Source: Xylographa opegraphella
Lineage: Eukaryota
NCBI GenBank assembly: GCA_022813865.1
Contig: JALDZX010000018.1
Location: 372,001 to 406,951 of the forward strand
DNA length: 34,951 nucleotides
Direction: 5' to 3'
The position numbers and the translations under genes are program-made. The notes beneath the pieces are model-generated. The model searched no databases, was not told the origin of the DNA, and was given only the letters and a program-made list of their open reading frames with translations. Positions 11,226-22,850 of this stretch are shown one piece after another; the first letter of the stretch is position 1, and each line of letters begins with the position of its first letter.

Positions 11226-12488
11226 ATGTCGGATAATACACTGACGCCAGAGTACATCAATGAATTTATTGGCAACCAGACTGTTGCTGTTGCAACCACG
11301 TTCATTATTCTAGAAGTCTTTTTCGTTCTATCGCGCTTCGTATCGAGGCACGTTTGCAAAACTGCCACGGGTTTGGATGACATTTTCATCTTACCGGCCT
11401 TGTTGTTCTGTCTTGCGATATGCGTTCTTGCTATCGGTAAGTATTGGGACGTCCAGCCTTGTAGTATCCCAGCTTACTGTTCGTTTAGTTATGGTTGAAT
11501 TTTGTGGCGTGGGGAGACACGAATCGGTTCTAGCAGTCCTCGATCCTGTCAGAATTACCAACTGGGCCAAATCGCTTGTCGCCGTGGAGTGTATCTACTG
11601 TACAGCTGTCGTGTTTCCGAAACTGTCCATTCTGGGCTTCTATTTGCGTATCTTTACCACGAAACCATATCGTATTGTAGCCTGGATTCTCTCGGGCCTC
11701 ATGCTGGCGAACCTGTTCGCAGCAATCATCGTCTCGCTCACAGCTTGCATTCCTCTGGCGGCACGTTGGGACCCGAGTGCATATCCCAATGCCGTTTGTA
11801 TCAATGTTATGAACTATTGGCGTTGGATCAGCTTCGCAAACATGTTCACCGATGTAGCGATGCTGATCCTCCCTCTTCCGGCGGTCTGGAAGCTCCACGC
11901 ATCCAGGAACACAAAATTTGGTCTGACACTCGTGTTCTTGACGGGTAGTCTGTACGTTTTCTGCTCGCTCTCTCTTCTCACGAAGCCACTAACCCATCTT
12001 TCAGCGGTCTTGTCTCCTCCATCGTTCGCTTTGCCATATTCTTCGGCACCAACGGCTTTGTCGACGGCACATGGTCGTCCACTATTCTCATGATCTGGAC
12101 TCTCGTAGAGCCAGGTATCTACCTAATCGCCGCATGTCTTCCTTCCTTGCGCCCTCTCGTTCTCTATATTATCAAAGGATCTATCGAGCCCTCACACAAC
12201 GCCTCGAATATGCGCGCCTCCAAAGATATCAAATTGGCCAGCAAGCTCGGCGGCTCCAGATCCGGGATGAATGGCGCCAAGGGTGCAGGTTTCCTTCGTC
12301 TACCAGTGAAGGATGGAGGCGCCTATGGGGATACCGAGATGGGCACAGATGACCATAGCTTGGTCAGCAGCTATCGGTACGAGATCAATAACGGAGCTTA
12401 TCAGGCGAATAACAAGCCGCGAAATGAGATTGGGGTAAAAAAAGACTTCTCGATCACGACGACGAGCCAGGATAGTTCAAGGGATTGA
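11226..12488 (+). CDS. PTH11-like / SAT4-family fungal rhodopsin-domain integral membrane protein (no CFEM domain seen)
   Basis: Three exons (introns 11437-11488 and 11952-12004; CTTAC and CTAAC branch sites). Motifs GLDDIFILPAL, GVGRH, FPKLSILGFYLRIF, CIPLAARWD, TDVAMLILPLPAVWKL, WTLVEPGIYLIAACLPSLRPL; about 7 hydrophobic segments and a polar C-terminal tail. Confidence 0.9.
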
Positions 12489-13010
12489 GAGGACAGAGGG
12501 CTGGGACATCCGGTAATGGTTCTTGTATATTATGGCCACGAGCGGTCTGGTTTGAGACGGAAATGGGTACATACGGGTATTGGTGTCCTGGTCCCGCTAC
12601 CGTGTATGGCGTTTATTACCTTTCTTGGCAGGATTCTCCTTGTTTTGAGCAACAGCCAAATTCCAGAAACTCATGGCTGATATCTGTGCATTTGAAGATG
12701 ACCCATTACCTATATCGCGTGACTCAATATCACTACGTTGCCTCAGTATCTCAGTCAGGGTGCACTAAGCCCCTCCGGGTTAGTGCTCCTACTTTGCTGA
12801 CCAACAAAGCAAAGCACTAAGTTACGGAGTAATGCGCCCCGTCTGACGGACTTGAGGCAACATCCTACGGCTGTCTCTCTTCAAGATGACGTCAACAGCT
12901 CTGAACACGCGGCTGCGTTTGAGGCTGAGTATGCATTTTTAGGGCAACACCAGATGCACAACATTACCTCAACGGAAATTACTGCTAACCGGTACTTGGA
13001 CCATCGCGTT

Positions 13011-13037
13011 CATAGCACCCATAGTACCCATAGTACC
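13011..13037 (+). repeat. Short tandem repeat (CATAGYACC) x3
   Basis: CATAGCACC CATAGTACC CATAGTACC read directly from the sequence. Confidence 0.8.
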
Positions 13038-13193
13038 AATGTCGATGGCCGCTCAGGGTGTCTCATGTCGTCGCTCTGGTGCTTCTGTGGCTCGGTTTCT
13101 GAGCACGAGAGTAGACTTCAGGAGGATCGCCTCGAAGGAAGGCTGACAGGGAGCACTGGTGCCGTTGATAGGAGGAAATGAGATGAATGAAAC

Positions 13194-16100
13194 ATGACTG
13201 GGAATAAGAGCGCCGTGTCTCCTCGAACACGGTTACAGGTACACTTTCATGGAGCCACCGAATCGACCGTTCTTGCGGGCACTATCTCAACTCCGACTTC
13301 CAGGTCTGCAGCCTCAAAGAGCAAGAAGTCTACTGCTACTATCCGTGTTTCACCGATACCGAATCCTGCCGCATCTGAGTCGTCTACTTCTCAATCCTAT
13401 ATCGAAGCCATGTCGCCGGATCCTTGCGTTGACGGTGAGGTGTGGATAGCGAGGAAGTTATCGGCTCTCCGGAGGAAGTTGAGAGACCTCCGAAGTCTTC
13501 TACGGCCCAAGGGTCAAAGCCCTGTCTCTGGTACTGGAAGGCATATTGTGCTGGATAGATCGCGCGGAGCTCTCCTTCACGACTCACGAACTGGACATCC
13601 ATACATCGACAATTCTATACGTTCGAGCAAATATAGCTTGTGGACATTTCTACCACGGCAACTATGGTATCAGTTCTCAAAACTTGCGAATGCTTATTTC
13701 CTTTGTGTTTCTATTCTGCAAATGATACCTGGACTTTCGACTACAGGCTCATACACAACGATTGTTCCTCTTTCGATATTCGTCAGCATCAGTATGGCGA
13801 AAGAACTCTGGGAGGACTTGCGGCGCCATAGACTAGACAAAGTGGAAAACTTTAGTGTAGCTCATATCCTTGGTGAAGCTGTTGGGATACCTCCTTCGGC
13901 CACTGTGGGAATGCTGTCTTCAGAAGCATCACCTTGCAAATCTATACTATGGAAAGACATACGGGTGGGTAATATTGTTCGCCTGCAACGAAACGAGCCG
14001 GTACCTGCTGATCTTGTGCTCTTGCGTGTGGAGGGTTCACAAGATACCGCCTTCGTCGAGACTATGGCACTAGACGGAGAGACAAACCTGAAAGGCAAAG
14101 TTTGTTTACCTTTCTTGTCGCAATATGGCTCCATTCATCAAATTGCCGAGAGCCCTTTGGAAGTGTTCGTTGAAGAGCCAAACCTTGACCTGTACTCTTT
14201 CAATGGCAACATGACTTCTTCAGCCGAGACCTTACCGCTGACGAATGAGCATGTGGTGTATCGTGGATCTGTTCTCAGAAATACAAGCGAAGCCTTTGGT
14301 ATGGTTGTTTACTCTGGTGAAGATAGCAAGATACGCATGAATGCTACGAAGAATCCTCGCATCAAAGCACCTGCGTTACAGGCTGAGGTCAATAAGGTTG
14401 TAGTTCTCACAATTATTTTTATCATCACACTCACTATCTCCTTAACGGTCTCATATCAGATTATGAAGCCTACAGAAACAAGGGCATTCTACATCGCCAG
14501 TGCTGCAGTCAGCGGATTCCCAATCTTTATCTCGTTCGTCATTCTTTTGAACACGATGATCCCGCTTTCGCTTTATGTGAGCCTGGAGATCGTTAAGCTA
14601 TGTCAGGTTTTTCTTATGACGAGTGACATACACATGTATGATGAGAACTCAAAAACACCCATGGAAGCCAGAACATCCACAATCAATGAGGAGTTGGGCC
14701 AAGTGAGCTATATCTTCTCGGACAAGACTGGCACGCTTACCAATAACTCAATGCTATTTCGTCGGATGAGCGTGGCAGGCATGATCTTTGCCCACCACCC
14801 GAGCATGCAGCGGCTGCAGTGGAGCAAACAATCGCAAGAGAAATTGCCATCATATGCCACCACTCCAAGTAGTATGCAAGCCCCATTTGCAAACTCTAGT
14901 CCTACAAGAGACCGCGCCCCTATTCAGCATACGACTAGTGATCTTTTGCGGTATGCAGAGGACCACCCTGACCTACCACTTACACAGGCCGGCAAAGCTT
15001 TGATTCTTTCCATCGCATTATGCCATACATGTATGCCCGAAACAAAGGCTGATAATACCGTGGATTTCCAGGCGAGCTCACCAGACGAGTTAGCGCTGTT
15101 AGAGGCAGCGAAAGAATTGGGCTACTTGTTGACCAATAAACAAGCTGGTACACTGACTATAAAAACCTCTTTTGGGGGTGCATCCGTCATCGAAGAATAT
15201 CAGCTACTTCATGTGATTGAGTTCACCAGTGACAGAAAGCGGATGAGTGTGATTGTCCGAATGCCGGACGACAGGATCTGTCTTTTCTGCAAAGGAGCGG
15301 ACTCAACAATAAAGGGTCTTCTCAGGCTTTCGAGTCTAGCTACACGGAGGAGTGCAGATGTTGCAAGGAAAGCGCACTCTCGGCAGAGCATCGAAGCCGA
15401 GAACTATGTAAAGAGAATGAGCACGTATAATGCGAGGGAAGCACTCTCGGGACACTCGAGTCTCGGTAACAACCGCTTGAGCACATCTGGTGTTCGGACT
15501 GTAAATAGCCAAGACACCTCTGCCAAATGGCTTGCAGATGAAGATATGGAGATTTTATCATCTCCAGTAGAAGCAGAATCTCCATTACGTTTCTCTTACG
15601 AATTACCCGATCGACTACAACCCAGTTCTTCAATAACTCAAGAAACTCTTGAGTCTGGGACACTCCCTTCCAAAGACATTCCTATTGATGATGGCAAACT
15701 GTTCGAGAATTGCTTCCAACACATCAACGACTTTGCCACGGATGGTCTGCGGACACTCCTATATGCGGACCGCTACGTTAGTGAGAACGAATACATTTCA
15801 TGGTCCAGGATATACAAGGAAGCTTCAGCAAGCCTTGAGGATCGTCCGCAGAAAATCGAAGATGCAGCAATCCTTATAGAGCGTGATCTCGAGCTTCTGG
15901 GTGCTACGGCGATCGAGGACAAACTACAAGATGGAGTGCCTTTGGCAATTGAGAGGCTTCGCCGCGCCAGGATCAAGCTGTGGATGCTTACCGGGGACAA
16001 AAGAGAAACTGCCATCAATATTGGTCACTCGTGCAATCTCATCCAAGACTTCTCCGAAATCATAGTGCTCGATCACGAGCTACCTGATGATCTTAATCAT

Positions 16101-17468
16101 CAGATACATCCTCAGACGTGGAGGATAACTCACGTGGAGATTGCTCATTCGGTGGTCGTTGTTGATGGTCAAACTCTTTCTTTGATAGAGGCTGACAATA
16201 TGCTATATGCATCTTTTATCGAATTGGCAGTCCTGGTTGATTCGGTAGTATGTTGTCGTGCTTCTCCATCTCAAAAGGCTTCCCTAGTTCGTTCCATTCG
16301 TCATCGCGTAAATGGAGCTATCACTCTAGCCATCGGCGACGGCTCAAACGATATCGCGATGATTCAAGAAGCTCATGTCGGAATCGGCATCACCGGCAAA
16401 GAAGGTCTCCAAGCCGCACGTACGTCAGACTATTCGATCGCACAATTTCGTTTTCTAGTCAGGCTACTCCTCGTTCACGGCAGATGGAACTACATTCGTA
16501 CATGCAAATACATGCTCGGCACCTTCTGGAAAGAAACTCTTTTCTACTTCACACAGGCGCTTTATCAGCGCTATAATGGCTACACTGGTACCTCCCTCTA
16601 CGAGATCTGGTCGCTCTCCATGTTCAACACGCTCTTCACCTCACTTCCCGTAATTTTCATAGGTATCTTCGAGCAAGACCTCAAGCCCGAGACACTAATC
16701 GCTGTCCCGGAGCTCTACAACTTCGGCCAACGCAACCGCGGCTTCGGTCTCAAGATCTACCTGCAATGGGTCGCCCTGGCCCTTGTCGAAGCCATTGCTG
16801 TCTTCTTCCTCATGCTCGGCCTCTACGGCCAAGCAACGTTCACAACCGACAACGGACTTTTCAGCATGGGCGCCCTGGCCTTCACAGCCTGCGTCATCAT
16901 CATCGTCACGAAGATGCAATACTGGGAGCTGCAGAACAAAACCCTCACCTGCGCGATTGCCATATTCGTCAGCATCGGCGGCTGGTTCCTGTGGAACGTC
17001 ATCCTTGGCACAACGTACAGCGACAACACCATCTACGACGTCAAAGGCGGCTTGTTTACCCGCTGGGGCCGTAGCGCCCTTTGGTGGCTATGCTTGCTCC
17101 TCATCGTCGTCATGGTCTGGACCTTTGAGCTGATGATGCAGATGGCCAAGGTGGCGTGTCGGCCCAGCGACGTCGATGAGTTTCAGCAGCTGGAAAAGGA
17201 CAAGGCGTGTTGGGAAAGAATCAAGCTGGCTGCGAAAGATGAGGTTACGAATCACGATACAGACGCTGAAAGGGAGACTGCTAGGGCGGAAGATGCGGAG
17301 CGCGAGCGAGAAGTACAAGAGCTGCTCGCGAGGCCGAGGGTCATGGATGGAGATGCGGAGGGGGTCCGTAGGCGGCACTCGGCGCATGATGGGGCGGAAG
17401 AGGTCATTGAGCTGGATGAACTTGGTACCCGAACGGGGAAAGCGGCGGCTACTGTGCTGAGCATGTAG
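13194..17468 (+). CDS. DNF3: Phospholipid-transporting P4-type ATPase (flippase), DNF3-like
   Basis: Intronless 1424-aa ORF with DGETNLK, EELGQVSYIFSDKTGTLT (phosphorylated Asp), ASSPDELAL, WMLTGDKRETAINIG, GDGSNDIAMIQEAHVGIGI and a C-terminal TM bundle. The N-terminal YIDNSIRSSKYS and STTGSYTTIVPL segments look DNF3-like. The start codon is uncertain. Confidence 0.92.
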   Translation: MTGNKSAVSPRTRLQVHFHGATESTVLAGTISTPTSRSAASKSKKSTATIRVSPIPNPAASESSTSQSYIEAMSPDPCVDGEVWIARKLSALRRKLRDLRSLLRPKGQSPVSGTGRHIVLDRSRGALLHDSRTGHPYIDNSIRSSKYSLWTFLPRQLWYQFSKLANAYFLCVSILQMIPGLSTTGSYTTIVPLSIFVSISMAKELWEDLRRHRLDKVENFSVAHILGEAVGIPPSATVGMLSSEASPCKSILWKDIRVGNIVRLQRNEPVPADLVLLRVEGSQDTAFVETMALDGETNLKGKVCLPFLSQYGSIHQIAESPLEVFVEEPNLDLYSFNGNMTSSAETLPLTNEHVVYRGSVLRNTSEAFGMVVYSGEDSKIRMNATKNPRIKAPALQAEVNKVVVLTIIFIITLTISLTVSYQIMKPTETRAFYIASAAVSGFPIFISFVILLNTMIPLSLYVSLEIVKLCQVFLMTSDIHMYDENSKTPMEARTSTINEELGQVSYIFSDKTGTLTNNSMLFRRMSVAGMIFAHHPSMQRLQWSKQSQEKLPSYATTPSSMQAPFANSSPTRDRAPIQHTTSDLLRYAEDHPDLPLTQAGKALILSIALCHTCMPETKADNTVDFQASSPDELALLEAAKELGYLLTNKQAGTLTIKTSFGGASVIEEYQLLHVIEFTSDRKRMSVIVRMPDDRICLFCKGADSTIKGLLRLSSLATRRSADVARKAHSRQSIEAENYVKRMSTYNAREALSGHSSLGNNRLSTSGVRTVNSQDTSAKWLADEDMEILSSPVEAESPLRFSYELPDRLQPSSSITQETLESGTLPSKDIPIDDGKLFENCFQHINDFATDGLRTLLYADRYVSENEYISWSRIYKEASASLEDRPQKIEDAAILIERDLELLGATAIEDKLQDGVPLAIERLRRARIKLWMLTGDKRETAINIGHSCNLIQDFSEIIVLDHELPDDLNHQIHPQTWRITHVEIAHSVVVVDGQTLSLIEADNMLYASFIELAVLVDSVVCCRASPSQKASLVRSIRHRVNGAITLAIGDGSNDIAMIQEAHVGIGITGKEGLQAARTSDYSIAQFRFLVRLLLVHGRWNYIRTCKYMLGTFWKETLFYFTQALYQRYNGYTGTSLYEIWSLSMFNTLFTSLPVIFIGIFEQDLKPETLIAVPELYNFGQRNRGFGLKIYLQWVALALVEAIAVFFLMLGLYGQATFTTDNGLFSMGALAFTACVIIIVTKMQYWELQNKTLTCAIAIFVSIGGWFLWNVILGTTYSDNTIYDVKGGLFTRWGRSALWWLCLLLIVVMVWTFELMMQMAKVACRPSDVDEFQQLEKDKACWERIKLAAKDEVTNHDTDAERETARAEDAEREREVQELLARPRVMDGDAEGVRRRHSAHDGAEEVIELDELGTRTGKAAATVLSM

Positions 17469-17821
17469 GGAGCAGAAGGAGAAAGCTAATATTGGATATC
17501 ATGTCGGAGATTCTTCTAGTGTGAGTGAACATGTAAATACAAGCGCTGATAGGATGTTGGGTATAGAGGAGTGAGAAAGACCGCGTTCTTTGGCTTACTC
17601 TCTGACAACCAAAAGCGCCAACTCCGCGCGGGAAAGATAATTTGAGTTGGCGGAAGTGTCATGTGTAACCCCAATCGGAAACGAGATGTCCATTGCTGGC
17701 TGGACACTCCGCAAACATTTCCCGACGTAGAAATCGCTAGGCTCACGAGCCCGTACTGGTCCAGTACGCAAGCAAAGCCGCCCCCATTCCCCCCCCAGGC
17801 ATACCCACCATTGCCCAGCCC

Positions 17822-18622
17822 TCACCCCCCCCTCCTCCTCTCCGGCTGCTTCCCCCTGATCACCTTCCGCCGCTGCTTCATCATATGCGTATACATGACA
17901 TAGCCCGCTACCCACACCCGTCAGCACAACCCACTCTCCACACACACACCCAACCGCCTTCTCCCCGCCCAGCACTTACCTGGCACATACAGCACCAACA
18001 CATCCCACAGCAGCAGTTTCGTCGCGCGCGAGCGCGCCGCCCGGCTGGCCAGGTACACGCAGCCCATCTCGCAGCCGATGCCGAGCGGGTACAGCACGTA
18101 GAAGGTATTGTAGCGCAGCCAGACCAGCGCGGGCGGAACGTCGCCGTCGCCGCGCAGGTTAGCGACGAAGTAGCTGTAGCGGATGACCTCGGTGACGGCC
18201 CAGGCGAGCAGCATGCCGCTGTAGAAGGGCGACGGCCCCGTCGCCGCCGGCCACGGGGCCACGATGCCCCAGACGAGGAGCACGCGCGAGAAGACCTGGA
18301 TGGTCGTCGTGAGGAGGGGGGAGCGCACGAGGCCTGTAGGCGCGCCGGGGGAGGGAGTCGTTAGCGGGCGAGCACACGGGTGGAAGGGGGGAGCGGGGAG
18401 GGGGGGGTTACGGAATGCGGAGTGGAGGATTTCGAGGACGGCGACCGTTTGCGTCCATTGGGCGTATTGGCCGACGCCGGCGTGCACGTGGCGGGGGCCG
18501 GCGAGCCCGAGGAGGAGGAGCACGCGCCCGAGCAGGATGGACCACAGGAGGGCGCTGAGGCCGTTGTAGGCGATGAGGTACTGCTTTTGGAGAGCGGCGC
18601 GGGGGGGCGGGGAGCGGTCCAT
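17822..18622 (-). CDS. PHS1: Very-long-chain (3R)-3-hydroxyacyl-CoA dehydratase (PTPLA/HACD family)
   Basis: ATG 18622 (MDRSPPPR...QYLIAYN); introns 18411-18334 and 17979-17908. Motifs QTVAVLEILHSA, QVFSRVLLVWGI, WAVTEVIRYSYF, WLRYNTFYVLYPLGIGCE (catalytic Tyr/Glu), MYTHMMKQRRK; TGA at 17824-17822. Confidence 0.93.
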
Positions 18623-18949
18623 GGTGAGTGCGAGGTGGGGAGCGGACGGTTTGGGTGTGGGCGGCTCAGTTGTCGTCGGCCATGCGAGGGAATTTTTGTA
18701 GACTGTTGAGGAAGTTCGCATGAGGCAGGGTTGATGCGGAAGAACCTTTCCCGGAGTAGGATAGCTTGCCCTAAACCTTTTGAGTTGGTTGTGCATGTTA
18801 TTTTTCGTTGTGAATGAGCATATCGTGCTATTACTTGGGAAGCATAGACATAGATACTGGCTGTTTTCATCAATACAATGGATACAATGCTGACAAGGTA
18901 GTCTATAATTTTGAATCGCCGCTTAGAATACACTTGAACTGCTCAATCA

Positions 18950-19932
18950 TCATCTGCTCAGGAAGGCCTTGATCCCAGCCTTCCACCAAATCGCCGCCCC
19001 GACTGCAGCTACCGGTACTGCCACTTTCGCCATACTTTGTACATATCTCCAGTACACTTGAACGGTGACTTCGCGCGATGTCCTCTGAAAGTCATCCGTC
19101 TTATTGATCCACGGAAACACCTTACCAGCTGGGACTTCCTTCTCAAGGAATGCGCACAAAGGCTCCCACCCCTCACTTACCTCGTACTCCAATAGCCGGT
19201 CCGAAGGTACGAGACTGCGGACTAGGTCGTTATGTTCGGTGAAGAAGCGCTTGCCGTACCGTGGAAAGTCGTTCCACCAGAGATGCTCGTGGTACTTCTT
19301 CCTCAAAGCCCACATTGAAGCAGCCTTCGCATCCCAAAGGGACTGCAGCTTCCGCCAGGGGTCCACGTGTGCGGCGTACACGGTTGCCAGCATGGAGCGG
19401 TACCAGCTATCCACGCTGCGTATGGTGAGAATCACCTTGGCATCTGGATAAGCCTCTACGAGCTCCGCTGCGAAGGCCGCTGCTGGGATATCTGTGACAG
19501 CCTGGGAGTTCAGTATATCCACGAAATTGCAATGATCATTCGTTGTACATGGCGAGGCCGTACCATACAATCGCCCAGCAGATGATCCCATTGTTCCATG
19601 CCGTACTTGGCACCTTTGCCTTCGAACTTTGCCTCCAAGGCTGCCACCCAGATGTCGGCATCGTTGCGCATGTAGACTTCTTTCATGTGATAGACATCGT
19701 TATAGCCAAGCTCTTTCAGCGCACTCATGATCGCTAAGGTTGTTGGTGAGTATTCACGCAGAAAACCCAATCGCAGAAGTCACCACAGTTGCATACAAAA
19801 TGTTCCTGTCCTACATAAACCGAGAACAAGTACCTCCATCGGCACTATCCGGCTCTCAATGGGCCATTCCCGGCCTCCTGTCAGAACCAGCGTCCCTTCG
19901 TGCTCCGAAGAGCCTGTCGCAGCAATGGACAT
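18950..19932 (-). CDS. Sulfotransferase-fold P-loop protein (Sulfotransfer_4-like; often annotated NAD-dependent epimerase/dehydratase)
   Basis: ATG 19932; introns 19796-19734 and 19563-19502. Motifs MEVLVLGLCRTGTFS, LGYNDVYHM, AVTDIPA, AYPDAKVILTIR...SWYRSM, HNDLVRSLVPSDRLL, GWEPLCAFL, FPWIN; hydrophobic C-terminus. Confidence 0.88.
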
Positions 19933-20769
19933 TTCGTCAACGGAAACAATATATTTAGATGTTGTCGTTATCGAATAGCAGTTCTCATATAAGGACTGCC
20001 AGTTGACTACTCTGTGACCATGAGTATTACTTATCCTTCCTTCGAGACAGACCCCAAAAAGGTTCGGAGAATCACGGAGTAGCCGGGTTACGAGGGGGAC
20101 TGTGTTCCGTGCTGAACCAATCCCCGAAATGGCTCGAACGACCGATCTAGGTCACGCTGGCCGACTACCACGGATATTAGACGGCCTACTTTCGGCGAGA
20201 ATATGAGCAAATAATGACTGTTGATGCTTGTTGGTTGACGTGTGAGCATGTCTGCGGATCAAGTATATTCCGCTCCGAACTCGGAATCGATCCCAGGCCA
20301 TAACTTTTCTTCTGTAAAGCTCGAGACCCTTTCTGGTACCGCCTTGAGACCATCGTATCAAAAAATGGTTCCGCTTTCCAGGGAATTGTATACTATACTT
20401 CATATATGGTTTCGAATACTGATCAATGTCAGGTACTCGTGAGATTTTACTGCTTTCGGAGCCTTGCTCAGAGTCTGAGGAACAACTGTGCTGTGTCCGC
20501 TATAGTTATTGAGTATCGTTGATCTTGAACGGAGCGAAAGGGATCAAATGCGGAGCAATATTCGATGAGCCATTCTGGTACGAGTATGCTTTACTTATGA
20601 TAACCAATGCTTCAGTATAGACGCAGATATACTCTTAGTTTGAATAGCACCTTCATATACAACCACTAAGTCAAGCGATCTGTCGAATGATTGAAACGCC
20701 CTCCTGTACCACTCTAGACTGTGAGCCTCTGGTGAGCGTGTCTCATCAGCAGATTGACTCCCCGAACCC

Positions 20770-22113
20770 TCACGAAATCTTTGTTCCAAGTCCATTCCCC
20801 TCCCCATAATTCTCCCCAGAATCTTTCGACTCTTTTCCCTCGCTGCTGTCGTACCAAGCAGGATCAACCCAACCGACAATCAATTTCTTCGCCCTCTCGC
20901 TCAAACGGTAGTATCCAGGGTAATCACGTGGCGTGAACATGCTCATATGAGCGACCGTCTCATCTGTAGCCTTATCGTTCACCATGGGCTCGAAGAGAGG
21001 CTTTAGTTCTGCTGTAGATGGCAGCACACAGAAAGTCCTTTTGTCACGGGCATCGGCTCCACCTACTTCAATGAAGCCTCCGGCAATAGTCTTCCCTTGT
21101 TTTTCACCACATTTTCCCAGAACGGTTACCAGATCTGCAAAGCCGATGCCCTTCTCTTTTCTCAGCTTCATAACCTGCTGCACTCGACTTTTTAACTCCT
21201 CTCCGCGCATCAAGCAGCCGACGAATTCGAGATGTGAGCCAACCCAGGTCCAACTTTCAGTGATCGTTTCTCTCTTCAGATATGCCGCCGCGCCTCCAGC
21301 CGCAACGGCACCGGCAGCTCCAGCATACATGGCATATTTACCCCATCGCTGCCACGCAGGGACTGCTACTGTCGACGCATTGTCGGCTGCCATGCTAGCC
21401 GCCAGAACTTCCTTTGCTGCTTCCGGTCCAGGCTTCACAGCTGCCCTCGAAGGACCCGGCTGTTGCTTGTTTGTGGCTGCAGCGCCGCCAAAGCCGAATA
21501 CGCTTGCAACATCGGCTATTGCGCTGTATGCTGATGTTGCAGTCTTGTAGTGTGATTCTGCGCCATGGGCTACGACTCCAGGCGATATTCCAAGGTAGGG
21601 AGTGTCGAAGGCAAGAACTCCTTGGATATAAGGAAACATAAAACTATGGGGCGAGGCTGATCGGGATGGTTGGCGCGATCCTGGTGTATTATTGTTGATT
21701 GAGGATACGGGCGATTCCGCTGTGATAGATAGCAGAGTATCAGCAGCGACTATACCACCCATCGAGTGCCCAATAAGAACGGTGCGAACAGAAGCATCGA
21801 CGGTCGGAGATGGAGTGCCGGCCTTAACCTCGAGGTTTATCACTTTGTTCTGGAGCCTGCAGCGCATCTTCGGTCAGCTTCGCTCCGAGCCTTCGTGGTG
21901 GTGATGATCGGGAACTTCTAACCATTCCCTAAATCTCCCCACGCATTCTTTCAAGTCCCCTCGTGTCTCGAATTGAGGGTATACGATGGCGGAAACGGAC
22001 ACCTGAGGAAGCGCATGGCTGACAAGTGCCCGAAGATGCTCTGGGAAACCCCCAAAAGTATCGTCACCCCCTTTGAATCCGTGAATGAAGCACAGAAGCA
22101 GTGTCTTGTGCAT
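20770..22113 (-). CDS. Alpha/beta-hydrolase fold protein (DUF676/lipase-like putative serine esterase)
   Basis: ATG 22113 (MHKTLLLCFIHGFKGGDDTF); intron 21922-21857. Nucleophile elbow GHSMGG, AFDTPYLG, and C-terminal DETVAHMSMF. The exact C-terminus is less certain. Confidence 0.88.
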
Positions 22114-22850
22114 TTTGGTGACCCTTATGCATGATGGTGGGTCGAAGTTTTCAGGTCGAGTTCTTGCCTTGAGGTATGGGACAACATCAGATGACGGAGG
22201 TTACATGCAAACCATTTGGGAACATCCTGGAACACTGCAACTAAATGCAATCCATGCTTTCTCTCAACTAACTTACAAAAGTCTACAGCTGCTGCTTATA
22301 ACGTCTGGAACGGGTAGATGCCTCATGAAGGTCCTGAGTTTTGTTGGTCGGTATTTGGATCCGAGTCCTCGTTCTCGGTGGTCATTTCAGGTGAATTATC
22401 GCTCTTCGCCAGACTGTCTACATCTTGTAATTGTGTTGTTGAATTATTCAATGATTTTATGTGTAGTGTCCACTCTAAGAGCTACGTTGGTGAACCACAC
22501 AGTGTACAGGCGGTTTCATTGGGTTATCGGCAATGGAGAGGACTGAAACCGTTTCCTCCGACACAAACGTGGGACATGTTCTCTTCCGATACGAGCGTGA
22601 GAGATCTCTCCTTCCAATACAAGCGTGAGGGATGTTCTCATCCAAGACACACGTGCGAAGGACGTCCTTTTTGCACTGGCGACCAAAAGCAGATTAAGAG
22701 TATAAGAAACATCGAGGCGCAACCCGCGCGATCTGGTTTGCTTCTCAGTCAGGTCCTAGTGTTGTATTTGATGTATTGATGTTATCAGAAATTCTTCAGG
22801 ATTGACCTGTCTTCCCCTATTTAGTCGCTTGAACATCTACAGCTCTACCG

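Noticed and set aside
18623..18796. N-terminal extension of PHS1 in the 291-aa ORF call
   Set aside because: Family similarity begins just after ATG 18622, which has a good context (CACCATGG). The ORF call also reads through introns.
22085..22779. Two overlapping 153-aa ORFs on + as genes
   Set aside because: No recognisable motifs; the first overlaps the hydrolase start. The region is more simply the divergent promoter, though a 5' exon of the 22851 gene cannot be excluded.
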